Shown: in pieces, positions 49,561 to 59,203 of the stretch
Position numbering within the stretch: position 1 is the first letter of the stretch
Layout of the letters: each line of letters starts with the position of its first letter
NCBI GenBank assembly: GCA_963422735.1
Contig: OY730476.1
Location: 2,528,001 to 2,592,000, forward strand
Direction: 5' to 3'
Source: Candidatus Latescibacterota bacterium
Lineage (GTDB): Bacteria; Latescibacterota; UBA2968; UBA8231
Length of the DNA stretch: 64,000 nt
Notes under the pieces: model-generated
Told to the model about the DNA's origin: nothing
Database searches by the model: none
What the model saw: only the letters and a program-made list of their open reading frames with translations
Translations under genes and position numbers: made by a program

Positions 49561-50060
49561 ATGCTGAGGCTGCGGCACTGTTTGTCTCGACCCTCAATTC
49601 ACTTGTGCTGGACTTCGCGGCTCGGTCTGCGGTTGGCGGTACAGACCTCAGTTTCTTCATCGTCAAGCAGCTCCCCGTCCTGCCACCCGAAGCCTATCTC
49701 GAAGAGGCTTTCTCCGGCCTCAGATACGTCGAACTCATCGTCCCTCGCGTCTTAGAGCTTACGTACACCGCCGCCGACCTCGAAGGTTTCGCCCGCGACT
49801 TAGGCTACGACGGCCCGCCCTTTTCCTACGACGACGACCGCCGCCACCGCCTCAAGTGCGAGCTGGACGCCATCTTCGCGCACCTATACCAGCTAGACCG
49901 CGACGACCTCGAATGGATTTTAGACGCGCCCGAGCCGAGCGAGTCCTTCCCAGCCCTCAAACGCAACGAGATGAAGGAGTTCGGCGAATACCGCACCCAA
50001 CGCTACGTCCTCTGCGCCTACGACCAATTGGCCCGCGGTGAGCTCCCAGACCTGACGTAA
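49281..50060 (+). CDS. C-terminal part of the methyltransferase (currently out of frame with the N-terminal part)
   Basis: LNSLVLDFAARSAVGGTDLSFFIVKQLPVLPP, ELDAIFAHLYQL, E..EFGEYRTQR; the frame is open back into the repeat. Confidence 0.85.
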   Translation: MQSCRETDWAREQSSDSRMGVGFATDHNSNQPENSDSVSYSRHGPWSQRSRHHAGRWIIPFRKTTNATNERTGIASFVPRSGMSDRAPLLCIEDAEAAALFVSTLNSLVLDFAARSAVGGTDLSFFIVKQLPVLPPEAYLEEAFSGLRYVELIVPRVLELTYTAADLEGFARDLGYDGPPFSYDDDRRHRLKCELDAIFAHLYQLDRDDLEWILDAPEPSESFPALKRNEMKEFGEYRTQRYVLCAYDQLARGELPDLT

Positions 50061-50145
50061 TGCAGGCGACGGACTGCTCGACAGGCTCAACGAGCGGAGG
50101 GAGGTGGGCTGGAAGCATCTGTACCAAACCAATTTCAGCTTCTAA

Positions 50146-51196
50146 CTGACGTTGCTCAGTGCCGCTACTCGGCTTCGTCTAACAGGTGCCTGAAGGCTTC
50201 GAGGCTGGGCACTTGTATGGCCGCCCGAAACAACTGCTTGAGGCGCTGCACATCGTCGATGGCCCCAAGGCGGGCGGCCAACGGATCCGACGCGGCCAGC
50301 CCAAAGCGAATCTCCAGCACGTCGAGCAGATCTTCAATGGCGCGTTCTCGGCCTCCTCGCTCAATGCCTTGCTCAAGGGCCTTTTCCGTGAAATACTGCA
50401 CTACCGACGATTCGTACATGGTCGCCTCCGAGATGATGGTCATAATCGTTTCTAATCGATACACCAAACCGCTCAAAATAGCAAGGTCGGCTAAGTAATT
50501 CGCCTTGAGGGCCTCGGCCATCGGCACCCCTTGCGCCCGGTGGATACACTGGCGCAACCACGCCTCGGCATTCATACCTGCCGGTCGCTGCATCAACGGC
50601 GCAAAGGGGATCAAGCCTGAATGCCCCTCGTCGAGCATGCGTTGGCCGTCTAGCTCAATCAGCCGAATCACCTTGTATTGCACCAACACGCGGTAGCCGT
50701 GTCGCTCTTGGAGATAGTGCCCCGGATCACGCTGGCCGGCGTCGGGACGCAGATAGATGACGTGGGAATAGATCGGCAGCCCGTGCTGCTCAATGCCGCG
50801 CCCGATATAGCCGGCTATGCGCTGCGGCATGGGTGGTTTGCTGTCGGTGGTTTGAAATTCGTGATGGACCAACGCTTCGTCGCCGCCGATTTGCACGTAG
50901 ATGAGGCTGTCGGTGCGGTGTGTTTCGACAGTAGGTTGACGCCGAGGACCTCAAGGTCGTCTTGCTGGAGGGCGAAGCGGGCAAAGTCAGCCGGGTAGGT
51001 GTGGATGAGATGCTTGGCGATAGTATCGAATTCGGCCATGAGCCATGCCTTGGGTTGCGGGTGGGGTGGTATCCGCAACGGGCAAGAATTGTGCCAAGGC
51101 AGCGGTTCAGAGGGGACGAGAAGGATATGAGGTGTTGGAGTATAGCGGAGAGGATGCAGGGATGGGAAGTTAGGGGGAAAAGCTGCGTAACATCTG
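50146..51196. mobile_element. Putative TIR-bounded element (1051 bp) carrying an Rpn-family gene
   Basis: Ends CTGACGTTGCTCAGT and GCTGCGTAACATCTG resemble the MITE TIRs; flanks TTCTAA and TTATAA (5/6 match). Confidence 0.55.
50165..51039 (-). pseudogene. Rpn/YhgA-like PD-(D/E)XK nuclease, frameshifted near 50940
   Basis: MAEFDTIAKHLI..PADF in one frame; HRTDSL..HHEFQT..MPQRI, VIYL and EQGIERG..LEIRFG in another. Confidence 0.72.
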
Positions 51197-51641
51197 TTAT
51201 AACTGTTGTTTGAGCCGTCCTTTTGACGATCAGACGCAAGATCGAATTCGCCTTGAAACCTAAGCTATTATGCTGATTATACCGCTGGGTTGGCCAGCGA
51301 AGTTTCTATGTTTGAAGCCAATCAAAACCTTGACTTGAGACAACGCTTGCGAATAAAATTCTTTCATAACGTATGCTCATCAGACCGTTGCCGTTGATGT
51401 AACGGGGACTGCGAGAGGCAAACATGTTGAATCATTGGGATTTAAGCCGTTCAATGCGCTGCATCTTGCCAGCGCCAAAAGCGGCAATGCGAATTTCCTT
51501 CTAACAACGGATGACCGGATGCTCAAAAGGGCGAAAAGCATCAGTTCGCAACGTAGCATCCGCGTCGAAAACCCGCTGACGTGGTTACAGGAGATGACAG
51601 AAGATGAACGCTCTAAAGATGACAGCGAATCAAATTCATGA
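51197..51641 (+). pseudogene. PIN-domain (VapC-like) toxin remnant
   Basis: NCCLSRPFDDQTQDRIRLET*, frameshifts, then FNALHLASA..FLLTTDD. Confidence 0.75.
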
Positions 51642-51828
51642 GTTTGGTATTGAGGAACTTTTGAATAAACTCGGTCCCGTTGGAACGATTCGTTTTCTCC
51701 ATCAGTACGAAGCGGGCAAGGGCAATTACTCGGTTGATCGGCAGCAATGGCTTACTGTGCCAGATATCGAGGCGCTCGCAAACCAGATGCAGCGGTCACG
51801 CGAAGACAATTCCTCCAGTAGAGTTTAA
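51604..51828 (+). CDS. Small protein, probable antitoxin partner of the PIN toxin
   Basis: GIEELLNKLGPVGTIRFLHQYEAGKGNYS; overlaps the PIN 3' end. Confidence 0.65.
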   Translation: MNALKMTANQIHEFGIEELLNKLGPVGTIRFLHQYEAGKGNYSVDRQQWLTVPDIEALANQMQRSREDNSSSRV

Positions 51829-53612
51829 TGCTGATTCCGTCCCTACATCGTCTGTTAGGGTTGCCCCTATTGGTCGCGGCGTACGCGGCACTAGCTGGCT
51901 GCGGACCGGGCGTGGTGCTGGACGATGTTCCTCGGGACCGCACCTTGATCTTGATGAATGGCGGTCCGAACCAGTATTCCCTTTTCGACAATCAGAACCC
52001 TTATATCCCCGGCTCCGATCAGGGATACCACATGGGCACGTTGCCAGCGGTGTTTGAGCCACTGATCATGTACAACGTGCTCACTGGGGAACACGAGAAC
52101 TGGCTGGCCGAGAGTTGGGAATACGACGACAGCTTTACCGTGCTCACCGTGAAAATTCGCGAGGGCATCGAATGGGCCGACGGCACCCCCTTCACCGCGC
52201 ACGACGTGGCCTTCACCTTCGGCATGCTGCGCGATCGCGCTGAGTCCATGGTGCATCTGGCCGACCTGCCCGAGTTTTTCGACTCCACCGAGGTCGTCGA
52301 TGACCACACCGTGCGGCTAGTGCTTAAAAAGGCGGGGCCGGCGTTTTGGGCGACCACGCTGAGTAGCAACCACGGCATCTTTGTCTTGCCCGAACACATC
52401 TGGGAAGACCAGGACCCCCTAGAGTTCACCTTTCACGACATTGACGGCGGCTTGCCCTTGGGCACGGGGCCCTATCGCCTCGTGTACGCTTCGCCGCATC
52501 AGAAAATCTACGATCTGCGCCAAGACTGGTGGGCGGCCAAGACGGGGTTCAAGCGCCTGCCGAAGATTCAGCGAATCATCTACGTGCCGCAGCAGGAGGA
52601 GAGCCAGGCCGCGCAACTGCTGCTGACCGACCAGCTCGACATGGCACCCATCATGCAGGTGCTCACCCTCGAAAGCGTGTTGGAACGCAATGCGCGGGTC
52701 GTGACCTTCTCTGATCGGCAGCCGCCCTACGGCTACCTCGACTGGTGTCCCATCGACCTCAATATGAACTGCTCGGAGCCGCCCTTTGACGATCCGCAGA
52801 TTCGCCGGGCTATTAGCATGGCCATTGACCGGGAGAAACTCGTCCAGCTAGCCGAATCGGGGGCGGGCGTGGTCGCGCTGCATCCCTTCGCGCCCTACGA
52901 ATGGTTCGCGCCTTTTGACGAGGCCCTACAGGAAATCCTCGCGCGGCACGGGTACGATACTCAGCCGCACCTGCAAGAGGTCGATCGGATCATGGGAGGG
53001 AAAGGCTATCGCAAGGACGACGAGGGCCTGTGGATCAGCCCGGAGGGCGAGCGTCTCGAGATCGCCCTGTACGTGCCGCAGTGGCTGCGGGCCTACGGTC
53101 CGCCGCTGACCCAACAACTGCGCGACGCTGGTTTCGATGCGAACTTTGACACCTCGCCCGGCCTGACCTCTCTCGTGCAGACCGGGGAGCAGAAGGTTTC
53201 TCTCGGCTGCAAGGGCCCCAGTGGGGTGCGCGGCATGGATCCCTATCTGATGCTGTCCTACTACACCTCGCAGTACTTCCGGCCCACTGGGCAGCCGGCG
53301 CCGCTGTGGTCCACCATTTCGCGCTGGCGCAACGAGGAGTTCGACCGCATTGTCGAGCGCATCGCTCCCCTACAGGTCGGCGACGAGGAACTGTTGGAAC
53401 TATTCGTCGAGGCCATGGAAATCTGGGTGGGGGAGTTGCCCGACATCTTCCTTGCACAGCTCATCATCCGCTATCCTTGCAACACCACCCGCTGGACCGG
53501 CTGGCCGAGCCAGCAAGATCCCTACGGCTTCCCGCACTCTTGGCAGTGGGAGCTGTTGAAGACCTTCATCCGGCTGGAGCCTGCCGGGGCAATGGCTCGA
53601 CACGAGGGGTAA
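51828..53612 (+). CDS. Family-5 ABC substrate-binding lipoprotein
   Basis: Lipobox LAG-C; WLAESWEY..IREGIEWADGTPFTAHDV; GTGPY; PPFDDPQIRRAISMAIDR. Confidence 0.9.
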   Translation: MLIPSLHRLLGLPLLVAAYAALAGCGPGVVLDDVPRDRTLILMNGGPNQYSLFDNQNPYIPGSDQGYHMGTLPAVFEPLIMYNVLTGEHENWLAESWEYDDSFTVLTVKIREGIEWADGTPFTAHDVAFTFGMLRDRAESMVHLADLPEFFDSTEVVDDHTVRLVLKKAGPAFWATTLSSNHGIFVLPEHIWEDQDPLEFTFHDIDGGLPLGTGPYRLVYASPHQKIYDLRQDWWAAKTGFKRLPKIQRIIYVPQQEESQAAQLLLTDQLDMAPIMQVLTLESVLERNARVVTFSDRQPPYGYLDWCPIDLNMNCSEPPFDDPQIRRAISMAIDREKLVQLAESGAGVVALHPFAPYEWFAPFDEALQEILARHGYDTQPHLQEVDRIMGGKGYRKDDEGLWISPEGERLEIALYVPQWLRAYGPPLTQQLRDAGFDANFDTSPGLTSLVQTGEQKVSLGCKGPSGVRGMDPYLMLSYYTSQYFRPTGQPAPLWSTISRWRNEEFDRIVERIAPLQVGDEELLELFVEAMEIWVGELPDIFLAQLIIRYPCNTTRWTGWPSQQDPYGFPHSWQWELLKTFIRLEPAGAMARHEG

Positions 53613-54311
53613 GCTATGGACGCTTCGATTACCAAGGCCAAGACGTGCAGGGACGCGACCGAGGGCGGCGATGTCCGCCTGCTGGAGTTGACCCACCGAT
53701 GGACGGCTGGGAGCGCGTGTGCGTGCCTCATCGATCGCGCGAGTTCGAAGACGGAACTGCGGCTGCCCGAAGGCTGGTGGGAATTCCTGATCTCAATGCC
53801 GCAGCGCAACGTACACGGGCTACAGACGTTTCACCTCGCCGACATGGACTATCGCGGCTTCACCGACCAAGTGCCCGGGATGCTGGCCGCACCGCTCGTC
53901 GTCGCAGTCGGGAGCGGACCCCAGCGGCGTGGGGCAAGCACCGGCTGTGTCTCAACCCGGCCTCTCGCTCGACGGCAACGTGGTCGCAGGAACTGTTCCG
54001 TCGGCTCGCTGGGTGGGATGTGGGACCGCTGGGGCACGAGCGATTGCCAGAGGTGCTCGTGCGGGTGATGTGGGTCGCCCGCGCCTGCGTTCTTGCAACC
54101 CCGCTGGCCGGACAAGCGGTCCTGCCCTATGCCGTGCTGGCACATCGTGGTTTGTGTTGTCCGAAGTGGGCGCGTACCGTTTCACCTGTCAGGGCACAAG
54201 CGTGGATGTCGAAAGCCGGCGGCAGCCGATCCGGGCACCGGGCGGATACGACCACGTCCAGTCAGTGACGCTGCATTATCCGAGTGACAGACCCCTCAAG
54301 CGGAGAATGAT

Positions 54312-55757
54312 ATGTTAGACGCTCGCCCCAATATCCTGCTCATTATGACTGACCAGCAACGCGGCGACTGCATGGGTCTTGATCCCCACAGTCCCCGGTG
54401 TTTGCAAACGCCCAACCTCGACTGGCTTGCCCGCACCGGAACGCACTTTCACCGCGGCTACTCCGAATGCCCCAGTTGCATTCCCGCTCGCCGCTGTCTG
54501 ATGACCGGCACCGCACCCGCCGCCAATGGGGCCGTTGGCTTCAGAAGCGCTCCGTGGCAGCCGCCGCACACCTTGGCCGGCGAGTTGTCCAAGGCAGGTT
54601 ATCAGACGGAGATGATCGGCAAACTCCACTTAACCCCCCATCGCAAGCGCTACGGCTTTGACCACATGCAACTAGCCGATGCCACCCGGGGCGACGACAA
54701 CGACTATGTCGAATGGCTGCGGCAATATCACCGCCGCAATGAAGTAGATCCCGGCATGGCCCACGGCATTTCCGCCAACGGCTGGATTGGTCGCCCGCAC
54801 CATTTGCCCGAAGAACAGATGCATACCTTCTGGTGCGTTGACCGGGCCATGGACTTTCTGCGCAAACGCGATCCTTCAGCGCCGTTTTTTCTCAATCTTT
54901 CCTTTATAGATCCTCATCCCCCGCTCACGCCACCAGCCTCTTATTACAACCGCTATATGCATCGCAGTCTGCCCGATCCACTCGTCGGCGACTGGGCACC
55001 CGCATTCGACGGTCCCGAAAAAGGTCTCAATCCCAATGCGTGGCAAATTCGTCTCAACGAACGCGACATGCGCTGTTGTCGCGCCGCTTATTACGGCATG
55101 ATCAACTTTATAGATGATCAGATCGGCCGCCTCATCCAGTTTACCGGGGGGCTCAACAACTGCTTAGTCATCTTCACCTCCGATCACGGCGAAATGCTGG
55201 GCGACCACAACCTCTTTCGCAAAACGTGGCCTTATGAAGCTTCGGCCCGAGTCCCATTTTTTATGCGCGCCCCTAAAAATTGGGACTATCCCGAAGAAGT
55301 CATTTGCAAAAGTCCCGTCGGCATCCAGGACATCATGCCCACCATTCTCGATGCGGCCGACATCGGCATCCCCGATACCTGCACGGGCAAAAGCCTCCTG
55401 CCCGTCCTGCAAGGCGACACCGTCGGCGTCAGGGAATTTCTCCACGGAGAACACGCTGGCTGTTACGCCCGCGACCACGGCAATCACTATGTCACTGATG
55501 GACGCTGCAAGTACATCTGGTATTCGCAAACGGGCCAAGAACATCTTTTCGACTTGGACGAAGACCCCCAAGAAATGCGCGACCTGTCTCGTGATCCGGA
55601 CGCCGAAACTAAGATGCAGCCCTGGAGAAATCGCCTCAGCGAATACCTCAAAGACCGTCCAGAAGGTTTTGCGGATGGCCCGCGCTTAATTCCCGGCCAA
55701 CCCCATGACGCACTCCTGCCAGACTACGATCCAGAAGCGACCTACCCCTATCTATGA
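54312..55757 (+). CDS. Arylsulfatase (formylglycine-dependent, Cys type)
   Basis: PNILLIMTDQQR, CIPAR (CxPxR), GKLH, SDHGEMLGDH. Confidence 0.92.
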   Translation: MLDARPNILLIMTDQQRGDCMGLDPHSPRCLQTPNLDWLARTGTHFHRGYSECPSCIPARRCLMTGTAPAANGAVGFRSAPWQPPHTLAGELSKAGYQTEMIGKLHLTPHRKRYGFDHMQLADATRGDDNDYVEWLRQYHRRNEVDPGMAHGISANGWIGRPHHLPEEQMHTFWCVDRAMDFLRKRDPSAPFFLNLSFIDPHPPLTPPASYYNRYMHRSLPDPLVGDWAPAFDGPEKGLNPNAWQIRLNERDMRCCRAAYYGMINFIDDQIGRLIQFTGGLNNCLVIFTSDHGEMLGDHNLFRKTWPYEASARVPFFMRAPKNWDYPEEVICKSPVGIQDIMPTILDAADIGIPDTCTGKSLLPVLQGDTVGVREFLHGEHAGCYARDHGNHYVTDGRCKYIWYSQTGQEHLFDLDEDPQEMRDLSRDPDAETKMQPWRNRLSEYLKDRPEGFADGPRLIPGQPHDALLPDYDPEATYPYL

Positions 55758-55807
55758 GCTAAGTACAACCACCGCGTCTCACCCTTATCAAAACGCCGGA
55801 GGAGACC

Positions 55808-56911
55808 ATGACTACGTATCGCGCCGCCGTTATCGGCTTGGGCCGCATGGGCAGCACGTTCGACGATGAAATGAGCGAAGGAGGGGCCATTTTTCTGCCC
55901 TATTGCCACGCCCCCTCGTACCGCGCTTCACCCCATGCGGAACTGGTGGCTGGAGCCGATCCGCACGACGAACAACGCGCCATTTTCGGCGACCGCTGGG
56001 GTTTGGAAAAAGACCATCTCTACAGCGACTATCGCCAGATGTTGGAGCGGGAAGACCTCGACTTGGTTAGCGTCTGCACTACCGCCCGCATTCGCTCGCA
56101 GATCGTCCAGGACTGCGCTCGCGCCGGCGTCAAGGCCTTATGGGCCGAAAAGCCCATCGCCCTGACCTTGGCTGAAGCCGATGCCATAGTCTCCTCCTGC
56201 CGCCAACACGGCACGGCCTTGGCCATCAACTGCGCCCGCCGCTGGAACCCGTTCTTCAGTCAGGCCCGCGACCTCATTGACAAAGGCGCGCTAGGGCAAA
56301 TCCTCCAGGTAACCGGCTACGCCCAATGTGGCCTGTCGCACAACGGCAGCCACCTCATCGATATTGTGCGCTACATGGCCGGGGGGCAGGTCGAGTGGGT
56401 TTTTGGCGAAATGGAATCGGACGCCGCAGCCGAGGGCGAAACCGACCCGCAGGGCAACGGCTATCTCTGTTTTGACAATGGTGTGCGCGCCTTTATCCGC
56501 GCCACTCCCACTGGGGTTGCGTCTTGGGAAATCGACGTCATTGGCACCGAGGGCCGCATCCGCTCTGTGGCCAATTGTACCCAAATGGAGTACATCCGCA
56601 CGGCTTTAGGTGGCAACCGGGGACGAGGCGTACCCGCGTACAGGCCCTTTCCCTATCCGACGCACATACAAGGCATGGGCCTGACCATTGTAGAGGATCT
56701 GATCCAAGCCATTGAGACGGGATCGGCACCGCGCTGCTCGGGCGACGATGGCCGGGCCGCCCTCGAAGTGGCCATTGCCCTGCGCCAATCGCACCGCGGC
56801 GGTTTTGTCCGCGTGGACCTGCCGCTAGCGGACCGCTCGTTAGGCATTCTCTCCTCGGAGATCGCCGAGGATCACACCCCGGCGCGGGTGCGGCGGTTAC
56901 AGGCTTCTTAA
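55808..56911 (+). CDS. Gfo/Idh/MocA family oxidoreductase
   Basis: GGAG RBS; VIGLGRMG, AEKPIA, HNGSHLID. Confidence 0.88.
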   Translation: MTTYRAAVIGLGRMGSTFDDEMSEGGAIFLPYCHAPSYRASPHAELVAGADPHDEQRAIFGDRWGLEKDHLYSDYRQMLEREDLDLVSVCTTARIRSQIVQDCARAGVKALWAEKPIALTLAEADAIVSSCRQHGTALAINCARRWNPFFSQARDLIDKGALGQILQVTGYAQCGLSHNGSHLIDIVRYMAGGQVEWVFGEMESDAAAEGETDPQGNGYLCFDNGVRAFIRATPTGVASWEIDVIGTEGRIRSVANCTQMEYIRTALGGNRGRGVPAYRPFPYPTHIQGMGLTIVEDLIQAIETGSAPRCSGDDGRAALEVAIALRQSHRGGFVRVDLPLADRSLGILSSEIAEDHTPARVRRLQAS

Positions 56912-57171
56912 ACACGGCATTCACAGCCTGTACCTCTCCGGTGTGGAGTGCAGCGGTGCCCAGGTGAGGCTTGGACGGCTCCACTGCTCAATCCCGAACC
57001 GCACCCCGACGGGTTGTTCAAATAGACTACAAGGCGCTCGGTTGTCGCGCACTAGGAAAATGGATTGTACGGCAGCCGTCTTTTATGGGCAGATGCCCTC
57101 CCCTTGGTCGAATGTAGAGGGGCGGCGCTTTGTAGGAAGCTGGCGGCCCTATAGCGACGGAGGCTCTGTAC

Positions 57172-59106
57172 TTGGCACTGAGTAAATCGCCTTTCACCCC
57201 GCGGGTATTCTTGGTGGGCCTGCTTTTGTGTCTGCTGATCAGCGTCGCCACACCGTACGCCAATATGTACCTACAGGGCTCGCTGATGGCCCTCGATTTT
57301 GGTACGGCCGCGGCTCTGTTTCTGCTTTTCCTGCTTATCTGTATCAACGTGGTTCTCCATCGTTGCGCCCCAGCCATGGTCTTCCGGCGGGGCGAACTGG
57401 CGGTGATTTACGCCATGATGGCGACCGCCTGTGCCATCCCGACTATGGGATTGATGGAATACCTATTACCGGGCATGACTGCTCTGGAGTACTATGCCAC
57501 GCCCGAAAATGATTGGCAGGCTTATATCCAGCCTCATGTAAAGCCGTGGATGGTGGTCGAGGATCCACTGGCGACCAAATTCTTCTACGAAGGGCTTCCC
57601 CAAGGCATGGTCATTCCTTGGGAAGCGTGGATAGTACCGCTGTGCGCTTGGGGTCTTTTCATTGCGGCGCTCTATCTGACCATGATGTGTGCCGCAGTGC
57701 TCATCCGACGCCAGTGGATGGAGTACGAAAGACTGGTCTATCCCCTCGTCCAAGTACCGGCGGCCATGATCCAACAGGACGAGGGATCTGTCCCTCCTTT
57801 TTTTCGGAGCGGGTTGATGTGGCTCGGTTTTGGCTTGGCCCTAGTCGTGGGCAGTTTGAAAGGGCTACACCATTACTATCCGTCCGTGCCGGCAGTAGCC
57901 ATGTCGACCTCCTTGGACCTCCTGCGCAATACGGTGAACCTGCCCATTATGTTGAGCTTTAGCGCCGTGGGCATTTTCTTTTTTGTCAACCTAGACATCG
58001 CTTTAGGTCTATGGGTTTTTACCCTCCTGGCCATGCTCGAAAAAGGGGCTTTCAGTGTAGTAGGGCTTCATAGCACCGAGGTCGTCAGTGTGTACGGCAC
58101 CCCGGAATCGCCACTATTGGCCCATCAGGGAATTGGAGCGCTGTTAGTCTATGTAGTCGTGGGACTGTGGCAGGCCCGGTCCCATTTTGCCGCTGTTGGG
58201 CACCGAGCTTGGAAAGGGCATGAAGGGAACGAGAATGTCAGTGAGATCATGTCCTATCGGGCCGCCGTGCTAGGGTTGTTCGGTGGGATTGCGGTCATGG
58301 TGTTGTGGCTCTGGTCATCGGGTATCCCTCTGTTGCCGCTCTTGGTGTTTCTGGCCGTCGCCCTGCTCATATTCTTCGGTTTGTCCCGCATAGTGGTCGA
58401 GGGCGGTGTTGCCGCCGCCCGTAGCCCTATGATCGCCTCGACCTTTGCGGTTTCGGGACTGGGCACATCCATAGTGGGGGCCGAAGGCTTGGTGGCCCTT
58501 GCCTATACATATATATGGCACGGCGATGTACGCACCTTTGTCATGGCCTCGTGCGCCAACGGCTTGAAGATAGTCGAGGGGATCGCCAATCTCCGCCCCT
58601 TGTTCTGGGCTCTAGCTCTGACCATTTTAGTGACCGCGGTCGGGTCGATCACGACCATTCTCTACTTGGCCTACACCTATGGGGGGATCAATCTGCATGG
58701 CTGGTTTTTCGGTGCTGGTCCTCAGGTCCCCTTTAATTATATCGCCCACAAATTTCAGAATGCCCCGTCTATACAGGTGGACGGCTGGTTGTTCAAAGCC
58801 ATTGGCGCGGCTCTAATGAGTGGGTTACTCTGGTTACGGCACCACTTTTTGTGGTGGCCCTTCCATCCGTTGGGTTTTGCTATTTGTACGGTATCCTTTA
58901 TCGTCGGGCGGCTCTGGTTCAGCATATTTCTAGCTTGGTTGTTCAAAATGACCGTACTCAAGTACGGGGGATCGCGGCTACACCGCATGGTGCGACCTTT
59001 CTTTATGGGCCTAATTTTGGGACAGTTTTCCAACGCTGGGTTCTGGCTCATCGTCGACGGGTTTACAGGTACTACCGGCAACGGGATAGGCGTACTGTTC
59101 TGGTGA
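57172..59106 (+). CDS. Polytopic membrane protein, DUF6785/DUF6784-like
   Basis: YYATPENDW, RRQWMEYERLVYPL, WWPFHPLG, LKYGG..PFFMGLILG; paralog of 2-1918; GGAGG upstream of TTG. Confidence 0.72.
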   Translation: MALSKSPFTPRVFLVGLLLCLLISVATPYANMYLQGSLMALDFGTAAALFLLFLLICINVVLHRCAPAMVFRRGELAVIYAMMATACAIPTMGLMEYLLPGMTALEYYATPENDWQAYIQPHVKPWMVVEDPLATKFFYEGLPQGMVIPWEAWIVPLCAWGLFIAALYLTMMCAAVLIRRQWMEYERLVYPLVQVPAAMIQQDEGSVPPFFRSGLMWLGFGLALVVGSLKGLHHYYPSVPAVAMSTSLDLLRNTVNLPIMLSFSAVGIFFFVNLDIALGLWVFTLLAMLEKGAFSVVGLHSTEVVSVYGTPESPLLAHQGIGALLVYVVVGLWQARSHFAAVGHRAWKGHEGNENVSEIMSYRAAVLGLFGGIAVMVLWLWSSGIPLLPLLVFLAVALLIFFGLSRIVVEGGVAAARSPMIASTFAVSGLGTSIVGAEGLVALAYTYIWHGDVRTFVMASCANGLKIVEGIANLRPLFWALALTILVTAVGSITTILYLAYTYGGINLHGWFFGAGPQVPFNYIAHKFQNAPSIQVDGWLFKAIGAALMSGLLWLRHHFLWWPFHPLGFAICTVSFIVGRLWFSIFLAWLFKMTVLKYGGSRLHRMVRPFFMGLILGQFSNAGFWLIVDGFTGTTGNGIGVLFW

Positions 59107-59203
59107 AAACCCACTTCGTGCCAAGCTGATGACGATGACGCGTTCGGCCGAGCTATTTATAGGTTGCAGGTATAGGCATAAACGGCGCGGTAGTGGGCAA
59201 TTA

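Noticed and set aside
53616-54290. Overlapping ORFs, possibly a decayed gene or transposase
   Set aside because: No recognisable motif or terminal repeats
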